NCBI GenBank assembly: GCA_028279805.1 | Contig: JANQMZ010000007.1 | Location: 821,279 to 853,278 of the forward strand | Length of the DNA: 32,000 nt | Source of the DNA: an archaeon | Lineage (GTDB): Archaea > Iainarchaeota > Iainarchaeia > Iainarchaeales > JANQMZ01 | Direction: 5' to 3' | Shown here: positions 8,063 to 16,211 of the stretch, piece by piece | Numbering within the stretch: position 1 is the stretch's first letter | Layout of the letters: the number at the start of each line of letters is the position of its first letter | The notes under the pieces: generated by a model | Database searches by the model: none | Seen by the model: the letters and a program-made list of their open reading frames with translations, nothing else | Told to the model about the DNA's origin: nothing | Program-made: the position numbers and the translations under genes

Positions 8063-9087
8063 TATTCATCATCCAGAATTGAATTTATTTCCTCTTTAAG
8101 TTCATTTAACAGTTTTTTTTTTGCATTATTTTGGCCTGACTTTATTTCTTCCTCTTCTTTATTTGACATTTTTCTTAATCCAATTAAAACCATAGATATC
8201 CGATCAAACAATGTGGAAGAATACTTAGGTTCAATAGTGCTTAGTTTTTCAATTGCAATGTCATAATTTCTTTCTAGAAATAACTTTCTACAATCAGAAT
8301 TCTCAAAAATTTTATCCAATTTTCTAACATCCCGAACATTAAGGAATTTGTCAATTCCAACCCAATCACAAAAATCAGCGTCTGTAAAATTCAAATTTTG
8401 CATTTGCTGTTTTAAATTTTTGTTCTTTAAATATTCCACAAAATACGTAAACTTATGTACGAAATCCTTCTTGTTTCCATATTTTTTCTTGAATTGTGTC
8501 GACATTAATTTGAATGCATCAATATCTTGCTTAATGCTACTTTTGTTTAATTTTGTCCTTAAAGAAAGGGTCTCCAAAGAAATTTTGTGGTCCTCATGTA
8601 AAGCATACAAATATTTGGCTTTTTCATAAGTGTCCCATTCATTTGTTCCATTCAAATGGGCAGTCAATCTAATGAAATCTTTGCCTTCGTCATCTAAATC
8701 AGCGGAAAACACTACACATTTTATTTTTTTGAAATTTTTTTCTTCAGGATATTCTCCACTTAACTGTTTATAAATAAGCAATCTGGTGTTTCCTTCAATT
8801 ACAATATAGTTTTTTTTTGGAAGTTGTTGTACCCATATATCGTACAACGCTCCCTTGTTATCTTTGATTGAAGCTTTTAGGTCATAGTAATAAGAATTTC
8901 TTTTTAACGCATATGCTATTTGACCCTGGGTCATTTTTTCTTTTTCTTCCTCAAAAGTGTCTTTAGCTAGAGATATTCTTGGATTTTCAACGTCAAACAT
9001 AATTTTTTCTATTTCAATTTCTTGTCTTTTGACAGGGGTTTTTCTTCTATTAATAATGACGCTGTCGGGATAAACAGGCGAGTTCAT
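8062..9087 (-). CDS. ParB/Srx-fold (ParB N-terminal-like) protein, paralogue 1; first gene of the operon
   Basis: 341 aa. IEKIMFDVENPR ... ALYDIWVQQLPKKNYIVIEGNTRLLIYKQL. Same ENPR/EGNTRL boxes as the 5233..6225 protein. Confidence 0.65.
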   Translation of the reverse strand: MNSPVYPDSVIINRRKTPVKRQEIEIEKIMFDVENPRISLAKDTFEEEKEKMTQGQIAYALKRNSYYYDLKASIKDNKGALYDIWVQQLPKKNYIVIEGNTRLLIYKQLSGEYPEEKNFKKIKCVVFSADLDDEGKDFIRLTAHLNGTNEWDTYEKAKYLYALHEDHKISLETLSLRTKLNKSSIKQDIDAFKLMSTQFKKKYGNKKDFVHKFTYFVEYLKNKNLKQQMQNLNFTDADFCDWVGIDKFLNVRDVRKLDKIFENSDCRKLFLERNYDIAIEKLSTIEPKYSSTLFDRISMVLIGLRKMSNKEEEEIKSGQNNAKKKLLNELKEEINSILDDE

Positions 9088-9225
9088 TTTATTTCACATT
9101 TTTAAATTTTTTTTTGTATTGTTATAATTATATAATTAAAAACAAAATTAATTTAACACTTTACTGTGAACTATGAAATCGTATATGCTTATTTTTTGTC
9201 AAAAGTTTAGCGAAATATTTTTTTT

Positions 9226-9822
9226 TCAATATAATATTTGTTTTACTTTTTTTACAATTGATGAATGTTTGCTGTAAAACAAAAAACTCATAATTTGCCC
9301 CATGTTGCCTGTTTTTTTTCTGATTGAACTTTTTTCAAAATCAATAATAACCGGCAAATTCTTCCTTACAATAATGTTTCTGCCCCGCCTTGCAAGCTGC
9401 CCATGGCTTAATCCTAGTGAATCCATTAAACTTATTTGCATAAACAATTCGTTTAACAAATTCATAAACTTTTTTTTTGAAGGTTTATCAAACAACCATT
9501 TGTCCAAAGTTTTTCCTTTAACAAATTCCATTAAAACGCATTTGTTTTGTGAATCAAATTTTTTCAGTTTTGGCCCGATGCCAACAGAATTTGCCAGCTT
9601 TAAATGTTTAACCTCTTTTTCCAGCATTTGAATTCTGCGTGATTTGTCTTTTTCAATTTTTAATGCAAACTTTTTTTCACGCAATTTAACCAGGTAAATA
9701 TTTGAAGAATGTCCTTTGGCCAAAAATTTAACCATTTTAAGCTTGTTTTTTTTCAAAAAATTCTGCAATCTGAATTCTTCTGATTTCATTAAAATTACCA
9801 TTTTTGATGATTGTACTGGCAT
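9226..9822 (-). CDS. Small atypical protein-kinase-fold protein (Bud32/RIO/COG2112-like)
   Basis: 198 aa. Gly-loop-like LAKGHSSNIYLV, VAIK-like FALKIEK, catalytic-loop-like LSHGQLARRGRNIIV, DFG-like IIDFEKS. The start is ambiguous: a TATA-like TTTAAAAAG sits only ~10 nt upstream of the first ATG, so Met8 (9801) or Met12 may be the true start. Confidence 0.5.
   Translation of the reverse strand: MPVQSSKMVILMKSEEFRLQNFLKKNKLKMVKFLAKGHSSNIYLVKLREKKFALKIEKDKSRRIQMLEKEVKHLKLANSVGIGPKLKKFDSQNKCVLMEFVKGKTLDKWLFDKPSKKKFMNLLNELFMQISLMDSLGLSHGQLARRGRNIIVRKNLPVIIDFEKSSIRKKTGNMGQIMSFLFYSKHSSIVKKVKQILY
9234..9248. repeat. Right copy of the 15-bp direct repeat ATATTTGTTTTACTT
   Basis: Identical to 4096..4110. 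Lies inside the last codons (KVKQI) of the 9226..9822 gene. Confidence 0.5.
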
Positions 9823-9921
9823 TTACACAAGCTTTTTAAATCTTTTTTAATGAAAATTAGGTTATAAAGCAATAAAAATGCTATTTTTAAAAATTTACAA
9901 ATTTTTGAGGTGTAATTGTTA

Positions 9922-11565
9922 ATGGCTGAACAAGATGCAAACAGGCAAATTGTATTTTTAAGTGAGGGTTCCAAAAGAACAAGGGGGAGAGAAGCACAGC
10001 AAATTAATATTTTGATTGCAAGGGCGATCGCTGAAGCTGTAAAAAGCACTTTGGGTCCCAAAGGAATGGACAAAATGATTGTTGATGACCTGGGTGACAT
10101 AATTATTTCAAATGACGGTGCAACAATTTTGGATGAAATGAGCATTGACCATCCGGTTGGAAAAATGCTTGTAGATGTTGCAAAAACTCAGGAAGCAGAG
10201 GTGGGTGATGGCACCACGACAGCTGTTGTTTTAGCCGGAGGCTTGCTGGAAAAAGCTGAAAAATTATTGGATGATGAAATTCATCCGAGCATTATAATTA
10301 AAGGTTACAGGCATGCAACAAAAAAAGCAATTGAAATTTTAAACAAAATTTCAGATTCGGTTAATGTTAATGATAAAAAAATGTTAACACAAATTGCAAT
10401 GACTTCAATGACAGGCAAATCAGCTGAAGCTGAAATGAAACTGGCTTCAATGGTTGTTGACTCTGTTTTGGCTGTAATGGAAGAAGATAATGGCAGAATT
10501 GTTATTGACAAAGACATGATTAAAATTGAAACAAAGCAAGGTGCGTCTTTGGCAAAAACTGAAATGATTAACGGCATTGTTATTGACAAAGAAGTTGTTC
10601 ATTCAGGAATGCCAAAACATGTTAAAAATGCAAAAATTGCATTGGTTGATGCTGCCTTGGAAATAAAGGAAACGGAAACGGATGCGGAAATAAGAATTTC
10701 TGACCCGGAACAATTGCAGGCTTTTTTGGATAAAGAAGAATCTTTATTGAAAGAAATGGTTGAAAATGTTTCAAAATCCGGTGCAAACGTTTTAATGTGC
10801 CAGAAAGGAATTGATGATTTGGCTCAGCATTTTTTGTCAAAAAACGGAATTCTTGCAATTCGCAGGGTTAAAAAAAGTGACATGGAAAAAATTGCAAAAG
10901 CAACAGGTGCAAGCATTGTTACAAGACTTAGTGACATTTCAAAAACAGATTTGGGGCAAGCAAAAGATGTTTCAGAAAAAAAAATAGGAGACGAAGAAAT
11001 GCTGTTTATTGAAGGCTGCAAAAACCCAAAATCTGTTACAATTTTGGTTCGAGGCGGTTCACAGCACGTTGTAGAAGAAGCCGAAAGGTCAATTGATGAT
11101 GCTTTGGGCACAGTTTCAAGCGTATTAAGAGACAAAAAATCTGTTTCAGGCGGAGGCAGCACCGAAATTGAACTGGCAATGCAGTTAAGAAAATATGCAA
11201 CAAGTGTCGGAGGCAGAGAACAGTTAGCAATAGAAGCATTTGCTGAAACACTTGAAGTAATTCCAAGAACTTTAGCTGAAACAGCAGGAAGAAATCCTTT
11301 GGATACAATTGTTGACTTAAAATCAAAACACAAAGGAGAAAAAGGCAAATACATCGGAGTAAACGTTTATTCCGGAAAACTAGAGGACATGAAAAAAGAA
11401 CATGTCATTGAACCTTTAAGCGTTAAAACCCAGGCAATAACTTCAGCCTCAGAAGTAGCTGAAATGGTTCTAAGAATTGATGACATAATTAAAGGAACCG
11501 GAAGCAAAGCACCTCCGATGGGACCAGAAGGAATGCCACCTGGAATGCCTCCAATGGGAATGTAA
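9922..11565 (+). CDS. ths: Thermosome subunit (group II chaperonin)
   Basis: [21 protein letters not shown] and a C-terminal Gly/Met/Pro tail ([17 protein letters not shown]). I prefer the ATG at 9922 over the TTG at 9916 used by the track. GAGGTG lies at 9906..9911. Confidence 0.95.
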   Translation: MAEQDANRQIVFLSEGSKRTRGREAQQINILIARAIAEAVKSTLGPKGMDKMIVDDLGDIIISNDGATILDEMSIDHPVGKMLVDVAKTQEAEVGDGTTTAVVLAGGLLEKAEKLLDDEIHPSIIIKGYRHATKKAIEILNKISDSVNVNDKKMLTQIAMTSMTGKSAEAEMKLASMVVDSVLAVMEEDNGRIVIDKDMIKIETKQGASLAKTEMINGIVIDKEVVHSGMPKHVKNAKIALVDAALEIKETETDAEIRISDPEQLQAFLDKEESLLKEMVENVSKSGANVLMCQKGIDDLAQHFLSKNGILAIRRVKKSDMEKIAKATGASIVTRLSDISKTDLGQAKDVSEKKIGDEEMLFIEGCKNPKSVTILVRGGSQHVVEEAERSIDDALGTVSSVLRDKKSVSGGGSTEIELAMQLRKYATSVGGREQLAIEAFAETLEVIPRTLAETAGRNPLDTIVDLKSKHKGEKGKYIGVNVYSGKLEDMKKEHVIEPLSVKTQAITSASEVAEMVLRIDDIIKGTGSKAPPMGPEGMPPGMPPMGM

Positions 11566-11723
11566 CAAGCTGCCTGACTGCAGCTGGGAGTCGTGCCATT
11601 TGCAATGGCACTGTCATCACTGCATAAGTGATCCATGTTCTGGCTCAAATGCCCACCTTTGTTAGGGTGAACTTTTTTTTCCTCAATTACTTTTTAACCA
11701 TTTCCAAATTTTTATTTTTCTGA

Positions 11724-12254
11724 ATGCAAGTAATTGGAATAACCGGTTTAATTAGGACAGGAAAAGATGCTGTTGCTGATTATTTGGTTGAAAAACATGG
11801 TTTTGAAAAATTTGTTTTAAGTGACATCATAGTTGAAGAAGCAAAAAAAAGACAAATTGAACCCAATAAAAAAAACATTGCTTTTCTGGCAGATGAATTA
11901 AGAAAAGAAAAAGGATTCGGAACTGTTGCACAAAAACTTGCTGAAAAAATTAAACAAAAAAATCCTGAAAAAGTTGTGGTTGTAGGATTCAGGTCAGTTG
12001 AAGAAATTCCTTTTATTAAAAATATTTCAAAAACTTTTACTCTTATTACAATTGTTGCTCCAAAAAAGAAAAGATTTGAAAGGCGTTCCGATTTGGATCC
12101 GGATAATGAGGAAGAATTTTTTGAAAGAGACAAAATTGATTTGGAAAACAAAGGTCTGCAAAAAGTAATTGATTTGTCGGACATGACTTTAGACAATTCA
12201 GGCACTTTTAAAGAATTATTTGAATTAATTGAAAAAAAGCTTTTTACTGAATAA
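11724..12254 (+). CDS. P-loop nucleotide-kinase-like protein (dephospho-CoA kinase / UPF0200-like)
   Basis: 176 aa. N-terminal VIGITGLIRTGKDAVADYL resembles the CoaE-type IGLTGGIGSGKS P-loop, but has GKD instead of GK[ST]. Confidence 0.5.
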   Translation: MQVIGITGLIRTGKDAVADYLVEKHGFEKFVLSDIIVEEAKKRQIEPNKKNIAFLADELRKEKGFGTVAQKLAEKIKQKNPEKVVVVGFRSVEEIPFIKNISKTFTLITIVAPKKKRFERRSDLDPDNEEEFFERDKIDLENKGLQKVIDLSDMTLDNSGTFKELFELIEKKLFTE

Positions 12255-12335
12255 AACGTATTTTTTATGCTTTTAAACCAAAATGAAAAGCTTTAAAAAC
12301 AGCAAAATCATTTTGATTAACGAGGTGATTTTCAC

Positions 12336-13022
12336 TTGGGCGTAGATAGCGTAGTTTCCGGCGGAATTGTCGGACAAACAGCCACAAGCCTTTCAGATGC
12401 TTTAATGCAGCTTGCCATATCAACATTAAGCTTTATACCAAACCTAATTGCAGCAGTAATAATAGTTGCAATTGGCTGGTTCATTGGAAGCTTGTTAAAA
12501 CAGGCAATTGTAATACCGTTACTTCAAAGAGTAAAGGTTGACCAATGGATTGAAGAGCAAAATTTATCCAAAGCCTTGGGACACTATGAAGTTTCAAGAC
12601 TTTTAGGGAGTTTTGTTAAATGGTATGTTATTGCCGTATTTTTAGCACAAGCAGCTCAAACTTTTGACTTACAAGTTTTGGGAACATTCTTACTGGACTT
12701 AGCCAGATTTATTCCGCAAGTATTAGTTGCATTTGTAATTTTTGCAATCGGAGTACTATTGGCAAGATATGTCAGGAACGCAGTTGAATCAACAAAACAT
12801 TCACACAAAAAAACAGTCGGCCTGGTAATAGAAATAGCAGTAATTTACCTGGCAATCGTTGTTTCACTGGGCAGTGTTGGCATTGAAGTTCAGTTACTTG
12901 AAGACTTGTTCAGAATAGCATTCAGTGCATTTGTTCTGACAATAGCAATAGTAGCCGGAATATCATTCGGACTAGCTTTCAAAGATGATGCTAAAAAAAT
13001 GCTGAAAGGAATCTGGAAATAA
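12336..13022 (+). CDS. Integral membrane protein with repeated TM helices (MscS-N-terminal-type TM helix repeats possible)
   Basis: 228 aa with about 5 hydrophobic spans. TTG start preceded by GAGGTG about 9 nt upstream. Confidence 0.55.
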   Translation: MGVDSVVSGGIVGQTATSLSDALMQLAISTLSFIPNLIAAVIIVAIGWFIGSLLKQAIVIPLLQRVKVDQWIEEQNLSKALGHYEVSRLLGSFVKWYVIAVFLAQAAQTFDLQVLGTFLLDLARFIPQVLVAFVIFAIGVLLARYVRNAVESTKHSHKKTVGLVIEIAVIYLAIVVSLGSVGIEVQLLEDLFRIAFSAFVLTIAIVAGISFGLAFKDDAKKMLKGIWK

Positions 13023-13160
13023 AACCCGGATTCTTTTCCTTTATTTTTTCTTTTTTTAGCCATTAGAAGCTATTCCAAAGCTCTATTGCCTAGGCGCAAT
13101 CGGCTTCAGGTGCTATTTTAGATAGCACATAAATTAGCAAAAAACGCTTTTCGCATGCTA

Positions 13161-13168
13161 TTTAAAAC
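13161..13168 (+). promoter_or_regulatory. TATA-like box for tRNA-Ile
   Basis: TTTAAAAC, centred about 27 nt upstream of the tRNA 5' end at 13193. Confidence 0.45.
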
Positions 13169-13192
13169 TTTTTTAACGCATTTTACTTTAAC

Positions 13193-13266
13193 GGGCACAT
13201 AGCTCAGTCTGGTAGAGTGGTAGTCTTATACACTATCGGTCGGGGGTTCAAATCCTCCTGTGCCCA
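13193..13266 (+). tRNA. tRNA-Ile, anticodon UAU
   Basis: Hand-folded cloverleaf. Acceptor stem GGGCACA/TGTGCCC is perfect. D arm GCTC-AGTCTGGTA-GAGT. Anticodon arm GTAGT-CTTATAC-ACTAT, with TAT at positions 34-36. T arm GGGGG-TTCAAAT-CCTCC. Discriminator A; no encoded CCA. Confidence 0.9.
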
Positions 13267-13325
13267 TGCCCGATGTTTCGGGCGGGAACGTGCGCCGTTG
13301 GCAGCACTGGCGCCTTTGAGGCGCA

Positions 13326-13333
13326 TTTAAATA
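13326..13333 (+). promoter_or_regulatory. TATA-like box for ileS; implies a leaderless transcript
   Basis: TTTAAATA, centred about 26 nt upstream of the ATG at 13356. Confidence 0.45.
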
Positions 13334-13355
13334 AAGTAAATGAGTTGTTTTGCAA

Positions 13356-16211
13356 ATGAGCAAAGGTTTGGAACAGTATTCTCATGAAAAAGAAAAAGAA
13401 ATAATTCAATTATGGGAAAAAGAAAAAATCCGTGAAAAATTTTTAAAATTGAATAAAAATTCAAAAAAAACTTTTTACATGATGGACGGCCCGCCATATG
13501 CAACAGGCAGCATTCACATGGGAACAGCTTTAAACAAAATTTTAAAAGACATATCAATCCGTTCACAAAACATGCAGGGCTTAAACGTTTTTGCCCGTCC
13601 CGGATATGACACGCATGGCTTGCCAATTGAACATAAAGTGGAAAAACAACTTGGTTTTAAAACAAAAGAAGAAATTGAAGCTTATGGAATTGAAAAGTTT
13701 GTAAAAGAATGCAAAAATTTTGCAACAAAATTTATTGACACAATGAATTCAGAATTCAATGATTTGGGTTCATGGTTTGACTGGGACAATCCATACATTA
13801 CACTGGAAAATGAATACATTGAATCTTTATGGTGGACTTTTAAAAAAGCTGAAGAAAAAAATTTGCTTTTTTTAGGCAATTATTCGGTTCATGTTTGTCC
13901 AAGATGTGTTACAGCTGTTGCTTATAATGAAATTGAATATTCAAAACAAACAGATGAATCAGTTTTTGTAAAATTTCCGGTTAAAAATCTGGAAAACACG
14001 TTTTTGATTATCTGGACGACAACTCCCTGGACTTTGCCGGGAAACACGGGAGTAATGGTTCACCCGAAATATGATTATTCTTTTGTAAAACTGAGTTCCG
14101 GTGAAACATTAATTATTGCATCTGAACTGGCTGAAAAATTAATGAATGCATTGGAAGCCGGTTTTAAAATTGAAAAAACTGTTAAAGGAAAAGAACTGGA
14201 AGGAATGCAGTATGAAAATCCTTTAACAAAACATATGCAATTGCCAAAACTTGAAAATGCTTACCGAGTAATTTTATCAGAACGTTATGTTAATTTGGAT
14301 GAAGGCTCGGGATTGGTTCACACAGCCCCTGGACATGGAAAAGAAGACTGGGAAGCCGGAACAAAAAACAATTTGCCAATAATTGTTCCCGTTGAAATGA
14401 ACGGCTCATTAAAAAAAGAAACAGGAAAATATGCAGGCAAAAAAGCACGCATTGTTGATAAAGAAATTATAAAAGACCTGGAAGAATCCGGAAACTTGTT
14501 GTACAAGCATCCTTACACTCATGATTATCCTTTGTGCTGGCGTTGTGATTCTCCTTTGATTATGCTGGCAACTCCTCAATGGTTTTTGAAAGTTTCAGAT
14601 TTAAGACAAAAACTGTTAAAAGAAAATGAAAAGACTAACTGGACTCCAAAATGGATGAAAGACAGAATGAAAAACTGGATTGAATCATTGTCAGACTGGC
14701 CAATTTCCAGGAACAGGTATTGGGGAACTCCTTTGCCAATATGGTTATGTGATTCCTGCAATCACAGGCTTGTTATTGGTTCAATTCAGGATTTGCCAAA
14801 ACATGCTAAAATTCCAAAAAATTTAGATTTGCACAAGCCTTACATTGATGAAATCAAGTTTCCATGCAAAAAATGCAACGAAAAAGGCACAATGACACGA
14901 GTTCCGGAGGTTTTGGATGTTTGGTTTGATTCAAGTGCAACATCTTGGGCTGCTTTAAATTATCCGAAAAAACAGGAATTGTTTGAAAAATTCTGGCCGG
15001 CCAATCTGAATATTGAGGGAACTGACCAGATTCGCGGATGGTGGAATTCCCAGTTAATTGCTTCAATTATTTGTTTTGATAAAGCTCCTTTTGAAAACAT
15101 TTCAACTCATGGAATGGTGTTAGATTTGTCAAAAATTAAAATGAGCAAATCAAAAGGAAACATTGTAACTCCAAAAGAGGTAATTGAAAAATATAACAGG
15201 GATTATTTGAGATTTTATTTGGCAAAAATTTCAAAAGGTTCTGACATGAAATTTTCCTGGGATGATTTAAAGGATATTCACAGGTTTTTTAACATTTTAT
15301 TTAACACGGTTAATTTTGTTTCATTATACTTGGATGTAAAGTTAAATGATGGAAAAATAAAAGAAAAGCTTGAACCGGAAGATTTGTGGATTTTAAGCAA
15401 AACCAATTCTTTAACCGAACAGGTTACAAATGCTTACAATTCTTTTACTTTTTATAATGCGGTTAATGCATTGGAACAATTTATAATGGAAGATTTAAGC
15501 AGAACTTACATTAAATTAATCCGGCCAAGAATAAATTCGGACTCGCATGAAGCAGCTTCACAAACTTTGGGTTATTGCATTAACGTTGTTTTAAAATTGC
15601 TGGCGCCAATTGCTCCGCATGCTTCAGAGTTTGTGTTTAAAAATTTTTCAAATGAAAGCATTCATTTACAACATTTTGCAGAATTAAACAAAAAGTTTTC
15701 AGATAAAAAAATTGAACATGAAATGGATTTGGTTAAAGACTTATCTCAAACAGTTTTAAGTTTGCGTTCTGAAAACAATTTAAGGTTAAGATGGTTATTG
15801 GAATCTGTTGCTGTTCAAAACATTTCCTTGCCAAAACTAAAAAATGTTCTGGCAAAAATGTGCAATGTTAGAAAAGTAACTGAAACAAAATCAAAATTAA
15901 AAGGAAAATTTGCACAAAAAGAATTCAATAAGGGAATTGTTTATCTGAATCTGGACACTCCCGATGAATTAAAAGAAGAATGGGAATTCAGAGAATTGGT
16001 CAGACTGGTGCAAGATTCAAGAAAAAAATCAGGCTTAAATCCGAATGACATCGTTGAGTTAAATTTGGGTTCATCTGATGTTAATTTTTTGAAAAAATTT
16101 TCAAAAGAACTGGAAAAAGAAACCAATACTAAAATAATTCAAGTTTCAGAAAAAGGGGAAAAATTGCTTGAAAAACAATTTTTTGTACAAATCGGAAAAA
16201 AAGTTAACTGA
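13356..16211 (+). CDS. ileS: Isoleucyl-tRNA synthetase
   Basis: PPYATGSIHMGTALNKILKD (HIGH region), KMSKSKGN, WPISRNRYWGTPLPIW, and an editing-domain insertion with TTPWTLPGN. I prefer the ATG at 13356 over the TTG at 13350. Confidence 0.95.
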   Translation: MSKGLEQYSHEKEKEIIQLWEKEKIREKFLKLNKNSKKTFYMMDGPPYATGSIHMGTALNKILKDISIRSQNMQGLNVFARPGYDTHGLPIEHKVEKQLGFKTKEEIEAYGIEKFVKECKNFATKFIDTMNSEFNDLGSWFDWDNPYITLENEYIESLWWTFKKAEEKNLLFLGNYSVHVCPRCVTAVAYNEIEYSKQTDESVFVKFPVKNLENTFLIIWTTTPWTLPGNTGVMVHPKYDYSFVKLSSGETLIIASELAEKLMNALEAGFKIEKTVKGKELEGMQYENPLTKHMQLPKLENAYRVILSERYVNLDEGSGLVHTAPGHGKEDWEAGTKNNLPIIVPVEMNGSLKKETGKYAGKKARIVDKEIIKDLEESGNLLYKHPYTHDYPLCWRCDSPLIMLATPQWFLKVSDLRQKLLKENEKTNWTPKWMKDRMKNWIESLSDWPISRNRYWGTPLPIWLCDSCNHRLVIGSIQDLPKHAKIPKNLDLHKPYIDEIKFPCKKCNEKGTMTRVPEVLDVWFDSSATSWAALNYPKKQELFEKFWPANLNIEGTDQIRGWWNSQLIASIICFDKAPFENISTHGMVLDLSKIKMSKSKGNIVTPKEVIEKYNRDYLRFYLAKISKGSDMKFSWDDLKDIHRFFNILFNTVNFVSLYLDVKLNDGKIKEKLEPEDLWILSKTNSLTEQVTNAYNSFTFYNAVNALEQFIMEDLSRTYIKLIRPRINSDSHEAASQTLGYCINVVLKLLAPIAPHASEFVFKNFSNESIHLQHFAELNKKFSDKKIEHEMDLVKDLSQTVLSLRSENNLRLRWLLESVAVQNISLPKLKNVLAKMCNVRKVTETKSKLKGKFAQKEFNKGIVYLNLDTPDELKEEWEFRELVRLVQDSRKKSGLNPNDIVELNLGSSDVNFLKKFSKELEKETNTKIIQVSEKGEKLLEKQFFVQIGKKVN

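Noticed and set aside
4090-9100. 7-bp inverted match AATGTGA (4090..4096) / TCACATT (9094..9100) as possible terminal inverted repeats of the island
   Set aside because: It is too short to be meaningful in AT-rich DNA, and no transposase is present. The 15-bp direct repeat is the stronger boundary signal.
9795-10145. 116-aa minus-strand ORF spanning the divergent promoter region and the thermosome 5' end
   Set aside because: It overlaps the promoter and ths coding sequence, and its hydrophobic low-complexity translation gives no support.
10824-11354. 176-aa minus-strand ORF, with neighbours at 10305..10589, 10622..10858, 11036..11326 and 11367..11648
   Set aside because: They lie inside, or trail off the 3' end of, the strongly supported thermosome CDS on the opposite strand. 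Their translations are low-complexity (S/L/I/F-rich) shadow ORFs typical of AT-rich coding DNA.
11566-11650. C/D box sRNA interpretation of the hairpin cluster (the minus strand contains a perfect GUGAUGA C box at 11614..11620)
   Set aside because: No CUGA D box follows at a plausible distance on that strand, and there is no C'/D' pair or terminal stem. The region is kept only as an unexplained structured element.
13267-13325. T-box-like or attenuator control of ileS by the adjacent alternative hairpins
   Set aside because: T-box riboswitches are bacterial. In addition, the putative ileS TATA box lies downstream of the element and the mRNA appears leaderless, so the element would not be part of the ileS transcript.
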